From IMG/VR virus record IMGVR_UViG_3300031555_005762, positions 9,367-73,366 of that record: a stretch of DNA of 64,000 bases; one strand, written 5' to 3'. The translations under genes and the position numbers were made by a program. This document shows, piece by piece, positions 45,917 through 55,387 of this stretch. The stretch's first letter is position 1, and each line of letters opens with the position of its first letter. This DNA comes from a virus (lineage: Duplodnaviria; Caudoviricetes). The notes beneath the pieces are model-generated. The model was not told where the DNA came from and searched no databases. It was given only the letters and a program-made list of their open reading frames with translations.

Positions 45917-46433
45917 GACGAACTCCAGCAGTACACACAGTATTTGTATTTCCAGAGGAGGATACAAGATTCCGGAGATGACGTATTTCCGGATTGATGA
46001 ATGGGGGTGGGAGATCGGTATTGAGTATGATACAGCATCGTATTTGTATACGGCGATCATTACCTGTTTTGAGGAAAAGGAAACGGATATGCTCCTTGCG
46101 TCCCTGAAGGATACGTTGGATGGTCTTGGAATCCGGTACGAAATGGAAGATCCGGAGTGGAAAATGTACAGCTGGGGGCGAGATACAGAAAAAGGCGGCA
46201 TTGACCATGGCAGTGAACTGTTGGAATTTGTAGAAGCGGTTCTGAATGATTCTGATCTGCTCCTGCGGTATCTTTATGGAGATAGCTTTATTGCTACCGG
46301 CAATGACAACAATGATCGGCATGATATGTCGGATGCAGCCTTTTCGACGATTTATGACTTTGAAACTCGTGAATACGTTGGCAATCCGCATCACGATGAA
46401 GAACATTATGAGTATTTTTACAAAGGAAACTGA
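45888..46433 (+). CDS. FETNSSS-motif protein 1
   Basis: MIQIRRGVFETNSSSTHS; G.IDH. Confidence 0.85.
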   Translation: MIQIRRGVFETNSSSTHSICISRGGYKIPEMTYFRIDEWGWEIGIEYDTASYLYTAIITCFEEKETDMLLASLKDTLDGLGIRYEMEDPEWKMYSWGRDTEKGGIDHGSELLEFVEAVLNDSDLLLRYLYGDSFIATGNDNNDRHDMSDAAFSTIYDFETREYVGNPHHDEEHYEYFYKGN

Positions 46434-46442
46434 GGTGATTTA

Positions 46443-46955
46443 ATGCTGCAAATCAGACAGGGCGTGTTTGAAACCAATTCCAGCTCGTCCCATAGTCTTG
46501 TGATCAAGAAACAGGGCGGCAAGTACACACACGAAGAGCTTATGGAGAATTTCGGGTGGTGTCTTGATGTTCCTGGCCGGGAAGGATACTGGCAGCCGTG
46601 GTCAGATGATCTTTATTTCGGTCGGTCACCGTTTCAGGTGCTGGACGGATTCAGAGAGAAACTTGCTTATGCGTATGCCAATACTGCTCCGGCCAAATGG
46701 GATGATGTAACGGCTGTAGCACATGAGATTATGCCGGAATATCTGGGGATGAAAACTATAGGCGATGATATGTGGTGCGGTACAGACGATATGGCATTAT
46801 ACGACTGGCTTGATAAGGCTGGTGTAAGCCTGAGAGAATTTTTGGAAGACAGCCGATATGTGGTCATCTGTGACGGTGATGAATACTGCGTATGGGACAG
46901 CCTGAAACAGTCCGGACTGGTAGACAAGCTTGTTATCGACAAGGAAATTGTATAA
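46443..46955 (+). CDS. FETNSSS-motif protein 2
   Basis: MLQIRQGVFETNSSSSHS. Confidence 0.85.
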   Translation: MLQIRQGVFETNSSSSHSLVIKKQGGKYTHEELMENFGWCLDVPGREGYWQPWSDDLYFGRSPFQVLDGFREKLAYAYANTAPAKWDDVTAVAHEIMPEYLGMKTIGDDMWCGTDDMALYDWLDKAGVSLREFLEDSRYVVICDGDEYCVWDSLKQSGLVDKLVIDKEIV

Positions 46956-46964
46956 GGAGAATGT

Positions 46965-47324
46965 ATGAAGCAGATCAGAAGAAGCGTTTTTGAAACGAAC
47001 AGCAGCAGTACGCACAGCATTACGATGTGTTTGAAATCAGAGTATGACCGCTGGGAAGCCGGTGAGTTTTACTGGAGCCGCTGGGATTGTGAGTTGGTAC
47101 CGGTAAATAAAGCTGACAAAGAGGTTCTCGACGGTATCGGAGCATCTGGTGAGATGTATTCCAAGGATGAAATCGATAAAATCCGGCGAGGTGACTACGG
47201 ATTCTATACATACGATGAATTCTGGAACGGCGGATACATTGAATATGAAGACTATTGTGAGTCTTTCTTGATACCGGGTGGCGAAAAGGTGATCGCCTTT
47301 GGTTATTACGGACAGGATTATTGA
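46965..47324 (+). CDS. FETNSSS-motif protein 3
   Basis: MKQIRRSVFETNSSSTHS; C-terminal AFGYYG.D. Confidence 0.85.
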   Translation: MKQIRRSVFETNSSSTHSITMCLKSEYDRWEAGEFYWSRWDCELVPVNKADKEVLDGIGASGEMYSKDEIDKIRRGDYGFYTYDEFWNGGYIEYEDYCESFLIPGGEKVIAFGYYGQDY

Positions 47325-47331
47325 GGTGGCG

Positions 47332-48219
47332 ATGAAGATACTTGGCATTTATACGAATAACGACTATCAGGTTGCCATCTTTGAAGACGGGACCAAAATC
47401 CGGTACAACAAACTGGAATCATTTCATCCTGTGAAGCCGGAGTGTATTGATCTGAAAATTACCAATCGCTGTACCGGTACCGGCTGTGCCTACTGCCATG
47501 AGGATTCTTCTCCCGACGGACAGCACGGAGACATTCTGAATCTTCCCTTTTTGGATTCTTTACTGCCGTACACAGAACTTGCCATCGGCGGTGGGAATCC
47601 TTTGGAACATCCGGATCTGACTGCGTTTCTGGCTGAGTGCCGCAAGCGGAAGATTATTGCCAACATGACAGTGAACCAGAAGCATTTTGTGGACAACTGG
47701 ATGCAGATAGATTCTATGCTTACTTTTCAGGAAATTTACGGGCTCGGTGTATCTGTGACCCGGGTGGACGAAGAGTTTCTAAATTTCGTTCGGTACATGA
47801 ACGGAATGAATATTGTGTTTCATGTGATCAATGGCGTGATTGAACCGACAGAGCTGGAGAAGCTGTACGGAATGGGATACAAGATTCTGATTCTTGGGTA
47901 CAAGCAGTTCCGGCGTGGTGAGAAGTTCTATTCCCCTGCTGTACAGGCCAGAATGGATATGATGTCTGCGAAACTGCCGGAGATTCTGACGCAGTTTAAT
48001 GTGGTTAGCTTTGACAATTTGGCGCTGAAACAGCTTCCGGTAAAAGAACAGATGTCATACGAGGAATGGGAAAAGTTCTATATGGGCGATGACGGTCAGT
48101 TTACCATGTACATAGACGCTGTGAAGCAGGAGTTCGCGAAGAGCTCGACTTCAACGGAACGCTGGCCGATTACCGGCGATATTGCAAAAATGTTTGGGGT
48201 GGTGAGAAATCAGTTTTGA
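47332..48219 (+). CDS. Radical SAM enzyme
   Basis: ITNRCTGTGCAYCHE (CX4CX2C), ELAIGGGNPL, NMTVNQ; GAGGTG RBS. Confidence 0.85.
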   Translation: MKILGIYTNNDYQVAIFEDGTKIRYNKLESFHPVKPECIDLKITNRCTGTGCAYCHEDSSPDGQHGDILNLPFLDSLLPYTELAIGGGNPLEHPDLTAFLAECRKRKIIANMTVNQKHFVDNWMQIDSMLTFQEIYGLGVSVTRVDEEFLNFVRYMNGMNIVFHVINGVIEPTELEKLYGMGYKILILGYKQFRRGEKFYSPAVQARMDMMSAKLPEILTQFNVVSFDNLALKQLPVKEQMSYEEWEKFYMGDDGQFTMYIDAVKQEFAKSSTSTERWPITGDIAKMFGVVRNQF

Positions 48220-49196
48220 AAAATGTGTCACGAGGTGTGAATGATTTTAGTTCCATATTTCCTCAGTATATGCCATATTTGAAGGATAAAGATGATGGAT
48301 ATAAGCACACACCTCATTCTAATAAGTCTGTGTGGTGGAAATGTCCCGATTGTGGACATGAATTCAAACAATCTTTTAACAAATTTGTTTCCAAGCTAAA
48401 TAAATGTCCAGCCTGTTCTGATACAGCGAGCTATGCGGTTAAATTCTTATGTTGTGTATTTAACCAGCTTAGTGTTCCGTTCCAGATGGAAAAGAGCTTT
48501 GACTGGCTACCGCGGCGCAGGTATGATTTTTGGCTCCCTGAACAAGATGTAATTATCGAGATACATGGCAAACAGCATTATTCTATCGGTGATCCTTGGA
48601 ACTCTGACGGCAAGCAAAAATACATAGATTTGATGAAGGAAGAAAAGGCTTACGAAAATGGATATACAGGAAGGTACATTGTTTTAATGTATGATGTGTC
48701 CGGAGACGGAAGTCGTTTTGTTACACAAATACTTGGCAGTAATCTACAGACTATGTTTTCGATGGAAAATGTAGACTGGTCTGCCTGTAACCAATATGCT
48801 ATTTTAAGCAATTCAGTTAAAGAGGTATGTGACATTTATAATTCTGGAGTCGTAGATCTAACTCAAATCTGCCGCATGACGCATTATTCTTCTCTGAACA
48901 CGATTCGTGAAAAGTTGAAGAAAGGCGCTTTATTGGGGTGGTGTGATTACTCTGCCGCTGTGGCATTGCAGAATGCTCACCGTAAGAGCGGAGATCATGT
49001 TTTAGCGACTATGTGTAATTCCGTAGTGTGTTTTGACCTGGACGGGAATAAATTATGTACCTATCCAAGTCTACAGGAAGCTCAGCGAAGATGCGGTATA
49101 TCTCACATTTGGGAATGTTGTGTTGGGAAAAGGGAGACTGCGGGAGGTTTTCGCTGGATGTATGAAAAAGATTGTATAGTGAGAGGTGAATGTTGA
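48216..49196 (+). CDS. Free-standing putative homing endonuclease (zinc ribbon + DUF559/Vsr-like nuclease + NUMOD1)
   Basis: WWKCPDCGHEF..CPAC; RYDFWLPEQDVIIEIHGKQHY; C-terminal YPSLQEA..IWECC.GKR.TAGGFRWMY; AT-rich. Confidence 0.75.
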   Translation: MKNVSRGVNDFSSIFPQYMPYLKDKDDGYKHTPHSNKSVWWKCPDCGHEFKQSFNKFVSKLNKCPACSDTASYAVKFLCCVFNQLSVPFQMEKSFDWLPRRRYDFWLPEQDVIIEIHGKQHYSIGDPWNSDGKQKYIDLMKEEKAYENGYTGRYIVLMYDVSGDGSRFVTQILGSNLQTMFSMENVDWSACNQYAILSNSVKEVCDIYNSGVVDLTQICRMTHYSSLNTIREKLKKGALLGWCDYSAAVALQNAHRKSGDHVLATMCNSVVCFDLDGNKLCTYPSLQEAQRRCGISHIWECCVGKRETAGGFRWMYEKDCIVRGEC

Positions 49197-49537
49197 TGAA
49201 GAAAGATACGTTTATTAAGATCATGGATGCTCTTATGGAATACTGGGATAAGGTGCAGCTTCTGGAAAATGTGTTCGGATGTTATTTTGAGGACAGTTTT
49301 CTGATGAAGATTATGGACGGTGTTCTGGATGCTGTTTATGACGAAATGGAAGGAAACTGTCCGGAAACATGGGAACCTTTGGTTTTTGACTTTGCGTTCA
49401 ATCACAACTGGGGGCGGGATGATGCGTTGGTTGTGTGGATCGGAGAGAAAGAATATGCTGCGTCTACTGCCGGTGAGTTGTATGATCTGATTCTTCTGAT
49501 GCAGCCGTTATACGATAAGGAGGGTAAAAATGGATAA
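49190..49537 (+). CDS. Hypothetical protein
   Basis: 115 aa. Confidence 0.7.
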   Translation: MLMKKDTFIKIMDALMEYWDKVQLLENVFGCYFEDSFLMKIMDGVLDAVYDEMEGNCPETWEPLVFDFAFNHNWGRDDALVVWIGEKEYAASTAGELYDLILLMQPLYDKEGKNG

Positions 49538-49751
49538 TAAAAGCAGCGGCGGACTCGGTTTATGCGGAGTTCTAACGATTGTGTTTGTCGTGTTGAAGTT
49601 GACCGGTGTGATCAGCTGGTCTTGGTGGTGGGTTCTCTCGCCTGTCTGGATTGATCTTTTGCTTGCCGGTGTGGTGCTGCTACTTATAGCAGTGATTAAT
49701 CGATATGAAGAACGCAGACTTTACGGAAGGAGTAAAAGATGGAAGCACTGA
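49530..49751 (+). CDS. Small phage membrane protein
   Basis: SGGLGL..LTIVFVVLKLTGVISWSWWWVLSP family signature. Confidence 0.8.
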   Translation: MDNKSSGGLGLCGVLTIVFVVLKLTGVISWSWWWVLSPVWIDLLLAGVVLLLIAVINRYEERRLYGRSKRWKH

Positions 49752-49924
49752 ACCAGATGATCCGTGAATGGCGTGATATGGAACTTTGGCTAATGACAGA
49801 GACTACACTTCATGATCTAAAAATGGACAGGCAGGGACGTAAGGTTTGGCGATGGCTTGGCCGGTACAGAAAACTTCTTATGAGACTGTGCCGGTTCTAT
49901 GGGAGAAGTACATATGACTTGTAA
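49739..49924 (+). CDS. Hypothetical protein
   Basis: 61 aa, AAGGAG RBS. Confidence 0.6.
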   Translation: MEALNQMIREWRDMELWLMTETTLHDLKMDRQGRKVWRWLGRYRKLLMRLCRFYGRSTYDL

Positions 49925-50126
49925 GAAATGCAGCTGGAGCGGAATTACCATCCGCCCTGACGGGATACACGAATTAGACGCTTGCCTATTTCAATTGAAG
50001 CAGAAACTGCGGAACGTAACGATAGAGATTCTGGAGTGCCCGGTCTGCGGTGATGTTTCTATTGGTTGGTATAAGCAGGACAATACAGAAGATATAACGG
50101 AGAATGAAGATGGTAGAAATTCGTGA
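49914..50126 (+). CDS. Small zinc-binding protein
   Basis: CKKC..C..CPVCG. Confidence 0.7.
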   Translation: MTCKKCSWSGITIRPDGIHELDACLFQLKQKLRNVTIEILECPVCGDVSIGWYKQDNTEDITENEDGRNS

Positions 50127-50400
50127 AACCTGTTATGACCATGATGCCGATTTTGACTATGGATGCGTAACTACGAATGAAGGCGTATGGATCCGTAAGA
50201 TTATCAAGCTGTCTGAAGAATATCCTGATCAGGTTTTAATTACCAAAAGGCCTGAGGACAATCAATCTTATCTTATGGCACGGGTTCCTAAATCTTGGTT
50301 TGTGATCCGCCCGCCGAAGAAGATGAATCTGAGCGAGGAGCAGAAGGATGCTCTCAGAGACAGAATGGCGAAAGCCAGAGAAAAAAGAAAGGAAAACTGA
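50104..50400 (+). CDS. Hypothetical protein
   Basis: 98 aa; C-terminal IRPPKKMNLSEEQK..RDRMAKAR. Confidence 0.75.
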   Translation: MKMVEIRETCYDHDADFDYGCVTTNEGVWIRKIIKLSEEYPDQVLITKRPEDNQSYLMARVPKSWFVIRPPKKMNLSEEQKDALRDRMAKAREKRKEN

Positions 50401-50630
50401 TGGCGTTTAATATTTGCGTGATAATTGGTATTGTAATACAAGGCATAATCATCATCTGGCTGGCTAAGCAATGTGTGGCGCATAATTTTGCTCTTGCGGC
50501 AATGCTTGCCTACTTTCAGGCATTAGCAACAGACCTTGGCTACCCGAAGATTATCGAAAACGATGATGTTGATTCCGATGAGCTTCGGAAATGGGTTCAC
50601 GCTAAAAAGGAAACAAACGGAGATACCTGA
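50400..50630 (+). CDS. Small membrane protein
   Basis: TGATG-coupled start, hydrophobic N-terminus. Confidence 0.6.
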   Translation: MAFNICVIIGIVIQGIIIIWLAKQCVAHNFALAAMLAYFQALATDLGYPKIIENDDVDSDELRKWVHAKKETNGDT

Positions 50631-50631
50631 T

Positions 50632-50811
50632 ATGAAAAAGCAAAATTGCAAAGGTTGCATCTGGTTAGACACTTGTCTTAACAAGACAGAAACAGATGAG
50701 GCTTGTGAAGATTATTTCACGGACGAAGAAGACAATCTTGTTAGGCACCTGACTAACCAAAGAAGAGAATATCAAAAGGAATGGGACATTTACGTACAAG
50801 ATGCAGACTGA
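50632..50811 (+). CDS. Small Cys-motif protein
   Basis: CKGC...C...CEDY. Confidence 0.65.
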   Translation: MKKQNCKGCIWLDTCLNKTETDEACEDYFTDEEDNLVRHLTNQRREYQKEWDIYVQDAD

Positions 50812-50822
50812 GAGGTTAGATC

Positions 50823-52478
50823 TTGACAAGCAGACCTTTATATACATATAAGTTCAAGTCTTCCAGATTGAAGGAAGCTAAATATGATCTGAATATATCT
50901 TTCAAGGAAGCAAAAAAGAGAAATGAAGTAATCTCGCTCGCTGATTCTCAGATTCTGCGAAGCATCCGGTACATACAGGGGCGAGAGATCGATTACGAGG
51001 AACTGGAACGGCTGATCTCCAGAAGAGATTATCTCCGGCGGCAGAAGGGTGCTCGAAGAGAGTATACTGAGTTACAGGAAACGCAGGATAAGATTAATGA
51101 TATGCTGATGGTTCCTGAATATGTGACGGTTTTTATAGAGGAAAGCTCACATTATGAGTATATTTTCAGAAACGGCATTCGCCTAAATGGAAAGACATAC
51201 AAACGCCTATCTTGTTCTGCCGGTCAGGCAAGAAACTCGACAGTGGTTCTATGTGATACTGAAATCATAGACAGGCTCAAAGAGATCTTAAACAATGGGC
51301 GTGATATGTCGAAGCCGCTGGCCCCCAGTAAGTTCAATGCATATTTTGGACTCGCTGGATCATCAACTCATATTGTGTCCGAACCAAAGTTTATTGTTAT
51401 CCGGGACTATGAAAACACAACGTCATTCATGGCGAACTATCTTACGGAAAATCCGGACTGGGACAGAGACGACACGCTGGATGTACGGATGATCGAAGAT
51501 ATGCCCATGAACCGCACGGACGGCATGGGATTGATTTCTCCGGAACTGTCCGAGAAATGGGCCAAGGAACTGGGTCTTGATTACATACCGGCGCAGTGGT
51601 GTATCCGTCAGTCCTTTATCAAAGGAATGGTTTGCACCTTCCCTATCCATCAGTTCTGCGAAGAAGTGGCTGGCGGGAATTATATGGTGGAAACGATCTA
51701 CAAAGACGAAGCCGGTAATCCGATTGTGGCTGACCTGCGGGATTACGATATGATTCTGACGGAGTCTCAGTTTAAGCTGTGGGACAGCTACCCTTCTCTG
51801 GATGTGTACATAGAAAATTATCATAAGAATCACCTGTACTGGGGCGTCAGCCAGTTTACACCGAAACAGGCCAAAGATACACTTACACTGAATTATCAGT
51901 TTATACAGACGCTTGATCTGGATGAGGAAGGTGTAAGAGAACTGTGCGGGCAGTTTGTTGACTGGATCAGCGGTGTGTCCTGTGACAATTATTCGTATAT
52001 GCTTCTTTATCTGATGGGTGTTGGAGACGACGAGGACAAGTTGCGAAACTGGATGCGAAGCAGCGACAACTGGTGGCTGAAGTCTCTGATGATGTGTCCA
52101 GACCTGATGAATGATAAGTACACACGGGCAAAAATCCGGGATCTGATACGGAACCGGATTCAGAACGGCTGCATGGGTGAGATTTGTGTAGATGGAAACT
52201 TCCAGGTGATGGTATCGGATCCGTATGGGTTTATGCAGCATGCCTGCGGTCTTCCGGTGACGGGGCTTCTGGGCAAGGACGAATTCTATTGCAGCTACTG
52301 GAATGAGCGTGGTGTTACGCAGGTGGATTCCATGCGATCGCCTCTTACATATCGCAGTGAGCACGTTATTGCGAATCTGGTGAAGAATGAAGAAACGGAG
52401 AAGTGGTATCGGTATTGTTATCTTGGGTTTATTCTGAATTATCATGGACATGATACAGTGATGTACGCCGGGTCGGAT
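50823..52478 (+). CDS. yonO: YonO-like single-subunit RNA polymerase, exon 1 (552 aa)
   Basis: YKRL..SAGQAR, DGMGLISP, QWCIRQ.F.KG, TESQFK, RSPL, ends ..YAGSD; full spliced product predicted at 925 aa. Confidence 0.85.
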
Positions 52479-53586
52479 CAATCGGGTTCTGCCTTATGGC
52501 ATAACATGGTGAACCAGCAGAGCTGGGTGTCTGCATACGCAGGCTAACGGGGGACAGCTACGGGCGCAAGCCTATGCCAATCCCGTGCGAAATTTGGTGT
52601 TATATCAGAGAATGGGAGGTTAATGGAATATAGAGAAATCCCTTTTTTAAGAGGGTATAAGATCAGTGAATACGGAGATGTTTTATCCAAACGGAATGGG
52701 AAACCATTAAGAATCTATGCAAAACCATTAGGTGACGATAGATGTTGTATCCGTGAAACGTATTATCTCATATCAGAGCTTGTTGCATCAACTTATCTTG
52801 GTGAAATGGATTTGGATGTTTATTGTGTATGTCATAAAGATGGAAATCAACATAATAACCATGTATCCAATCTTGAGTGGCATAAACGAAAGAAAGATTT
52901 GATATATAAACCTATACCAGGATATCCTAATTATGAGATATCTGAGCTGGGCGATGTATATAATCTTGTGTATCGAAAGCATATGGGAGCCCATCCCGAT
53001 CAGGACGGTTACTATAAAGTTCATATATCTAATAATGGTAAGACAGACACTTGGTTCGTACACCGTCTTGTAGCTCTTACATATTTAGAGAAGCCGGAAG
53101 GTTGCAATGTTGTAAATCATTTAGATTCTGATAGGAAGAACAATGATTACAGGAACTTGGAATGGACTACTGCTCAAGGGAATTATGAGCATGGTATGCT
53201 TTATGGTTATAATCAGCCGCAAGGTGAAAATAATCCTCGTAGTAAATTAACAGAAGATCAAGTAAAAGACATCCGTTATTTATTTTCGAATGGGTACCGT
53301 GTAGCTGATATCCAAAAGAAATATGATTTTGTACGTTGGGAAGAAATAAAGAATATTGTGACTTATAGAGCGTGGAAAAACGTAAACTGATCTAACACCA
53401 ATAAACGTGTAACGACTATCCCTTGGCTCCCCGGCTAATAAATGGAGCAATAGGAGTACGGCGGCCGCGAGGTCGTGGGTGAGAACCCCTTAAATGGAAG
53501 TGCCATGCCTCAACAATGTTGAGTGAAGATATAGTCTACTCCGTGGGTATGTACCCAGAAATATCCCGAAAGGGACGGTATAAAGG
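52479..53586 (+). mobile_element. Group I intron 1 (1108 nt) carrying an HNH gene
   Basis: U|exon end, terminal G; Q CAATCCCGTGC, R GTGTAACGACTA, S GAAGATATAGTC; intron AUCGG complementary to the 3' exon UCGAU (P10). Confidence 0.9.
52623..53390 (+). CDS. Intron-encoded tandem NUMOD4-HNH homing endonuclease
   Basis: Two NUMOD4-HNH units (CHKDGNQHNNHVSNLEW; NHLDSDRKNNDYRNLEW); GGGAGG RBS; AT-rich. Confidence 0.9.
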   Translation: MEYREIPFLRGYKISEYGDVLSKRNGKPLRIYAKPLGDDRCCIRETYYLISELVASTYLGEMDLDVYCVCHKDGNQHNNHVSNLEWHKRKKDLIYKPIPGYPNYEISELGDVYNLVYRKHMGAHPDQDGYYKVHISNNGKTDTWFVHRLVALTYLEKPEGCNVVNHLDSDRKNNDYRNLEWTTAQGNYEHGMLYGYNQPQGENNPRSKLTEDQVKDIRYLFSNGYRVADIQKKYDFVRWEEIKNIVTYRAWKNVN

Positions 53587-53592
53587 TTCGAT
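53587..53592 (+). CDS. yonO: RNA polymerase micro-exon 2 (TTCGAT = Phe-Asp)
   Basis: Lies between intron 1 terminal G and intron 2 start; restores GSD-FD-YD. Confidence 0.85.
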
Positions 53593-53929
53593 CAAATGGT
53601 CGCGCTGCGTAGCGATGCGCAGATGAAAATGTGGTGAACCTGTAAATACAGGGTGTCGCCGGGACGGTTAGGAACCGCAGGAAATGGCGGTTTATCCGGC
53701 GGCTGACAGGGGAGGCTGAATGAAGTATGCTAATCCTGTGGCAAGCGTGGAAACACGAAGCTCAAACGACTAACCCTTGGCCAGATGGCAATAGGTGTAC
53801 GGCCCCGGTGAAATTCCGGGGCGGGTGAAATTCCCTTAATTGGAAGTGCCACACACCTCTCAGAGGTGATGATATAGTCTAATCCCGATGGAAACATCAT
53901 GAAATACGGCGAAAGCCGGGGTTCAATTG
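53593..53929 (+). mobile_element. Group I intron 2 (337 nt, no ORF)
   Basis: IGS GUCG pairs CGAU; R AAACGACTA, S GATGATATAGTC; terminal G. Confidence 0.9.
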
Positions 53930-54226
53930 TATGATATAGTAGCCAGTACATCAAACAAAACCATGATTAACGGCGTATACCGGAATGAACTTCCTGTTGT
54001 ATACGATCCTCCTAAACCCAAGAAGATACTCTTTACTGATGAAGACCTGTATCGGGCAGACACATTCGGTTTCGGGTCTATTATCGGGAGTATTACCAAC
54101 AAGAGTTCTATTGCCTATTCCCTGCTCCCTCTCATTGAACGGGACTATGGGAAAGACAGTGAGGAATACAAGCTGACTGTGTCGAGATTACAGCAGTGCT
54201 GTGCGGCACAGTCGAGACAGATCGAT
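53930..54226 (+). CDS. yonO: RNA polymerase exon 3 (99 aa, YDIVASTSN...QSRQID)
   Basis: In-frame continuation completing DFDYD; IG.ITN and QID motifs. Confidence 0.85.
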
Positions 54227-54568
54227 AAAATTTTGTCGCTTTACGCAGCGATGCGTATCGAACAATGTGGTGAACCTGCAGATGCAGGGTGTCCGCTTTA
54301 CGTATAGGATCAACAGGAAATGGTTGATAAAAAGCGGGCTGACCGGGGAAACCGTAGCGGGTCGTGCCGTCGGCAATCCGGTGCTTGAAAACAAGTCCAA
54401 CGATCATCCCTTTGGCCGTGGAATTCGGCAACAGGAGTAGGGCTGTCAGGCATGGCAGCGGGTGAGAGTCCCTTAAATCGAAGCGCCACACAACTCTTTG
54501 AGTTGATGATATGATCTACACCCTGCCCCGTCCGGGGGCGAAATACCGGGAAACCGGGGGTATTCAGG
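54227..54568 (+). mobile_element. Group I intron 3 (342 nt, no ORF)
   Basis: Strong similarity to intron 2; compensatory P7 GAUCA/UGAUC; IGS UUUU-GUCG pairs both exons. Confidence 0.9.
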
Positions 54569-55387
54569 AAAACGAAGATCGGACAGGTTGTCAAGGGTAT
54601 TCCGAAGGTTTGGATTGAAAAGCAGGACGATGAGTTCTACAACCGGATCCTTCTGAATAAGTATCCGTACTTCTTTAAGTACCGGTACAAAGGTGCTCAT
54701 GATGACTACAAAAAATATGAGGAGGAATGCAACTCCGAATGCAAGTACAGATTCCGGATGCAGCTTGCGGATCTCCTGAGGATGGAGAAGTACACGCCGG
54801 ATCAGGAGGAATTCCTGAAGAACTACTATAAATATATGCCGGTGATTTACAGCGATTCGCCGATGAATCTTCTGTGCCGTCATATTGAGGGGATAGACTT
54901 CGGAATCCGGGAAAAGATCCGTGGGGACGGGAAATTTGATTATCATATACTGATCGACAAAGACCATCCTTACACGGAAGAAGAATATACTGCCGTTGTA
55001 AAGATTTTCGGAGAATACAACGTGATTGCCAAGGCTATGGCGATCCGCAAGGAGGGGGTTTCTCAGGACGATCCGGATTTCTGGGCATACAGCAGATACA
55101 GAGTGTTCTGCGAATCCTGTCTGGACGAAATGGCTGCCAGTCTTTGCGACATGATTCTGGTGACCAACTGTCTTGTCCGTTATTTCTACGAAGATAAACC
55201 GCGATCCAACAAGGAGCTCCTTTGGTCAGTTGCAGGTTCCTATCTTTATGGAAACGTCTGCAAAAATGTTGGGAAGCGAACAGTTTTTTATCCGTTTGTG
55301 GATCCGGATGGGGATATTACATATTTGAATAAGCGTTATACCATGCGGGAGGTGACACTCGATGATCCAGAATCGGTACAAGTATGA
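54569..55387 (+). CDS. yonO: RNA polymerase exon 4 (KTKIGQ...; 272 aa)
   Basis: Open frame from 54569 is in frame with the listed ORF 54758-55387; contains KYPYFFKY. Confidence 0.85.
   Translation, partial: KTKIGQVVKGIPKVWIEKQDDEFYNRILLNKYPYFFKYRYKGAHDDYKKYEEECNSECKYRFRMQLADLLRMEKYTPDQEEFLKNYYKYMPVIYSDSPMNLLCRHIEGIDFGIREKIRGDGKFDYHILIDKDHPYTEEEYTAVVKIFGEYNVIAKAMAIRKEGVSQDDPDFWAYSRYRVFCESCLDEMAASLCDMILVTNCLVRYFYEDKPRSNKELLWSVAGSYLYGNVCKNVGKRTVFYPFVDPDGDITYLNKRYTMREVTLDDPESVQV

Noticed and set aside
52479-54307. ORF-track ends 52547 and 54307 and start 53927 taken as real polymerase gene boundaries
   Set aside because: These are read-through into intron sequence; the TTG at 53927 is the last three bases of intron 2
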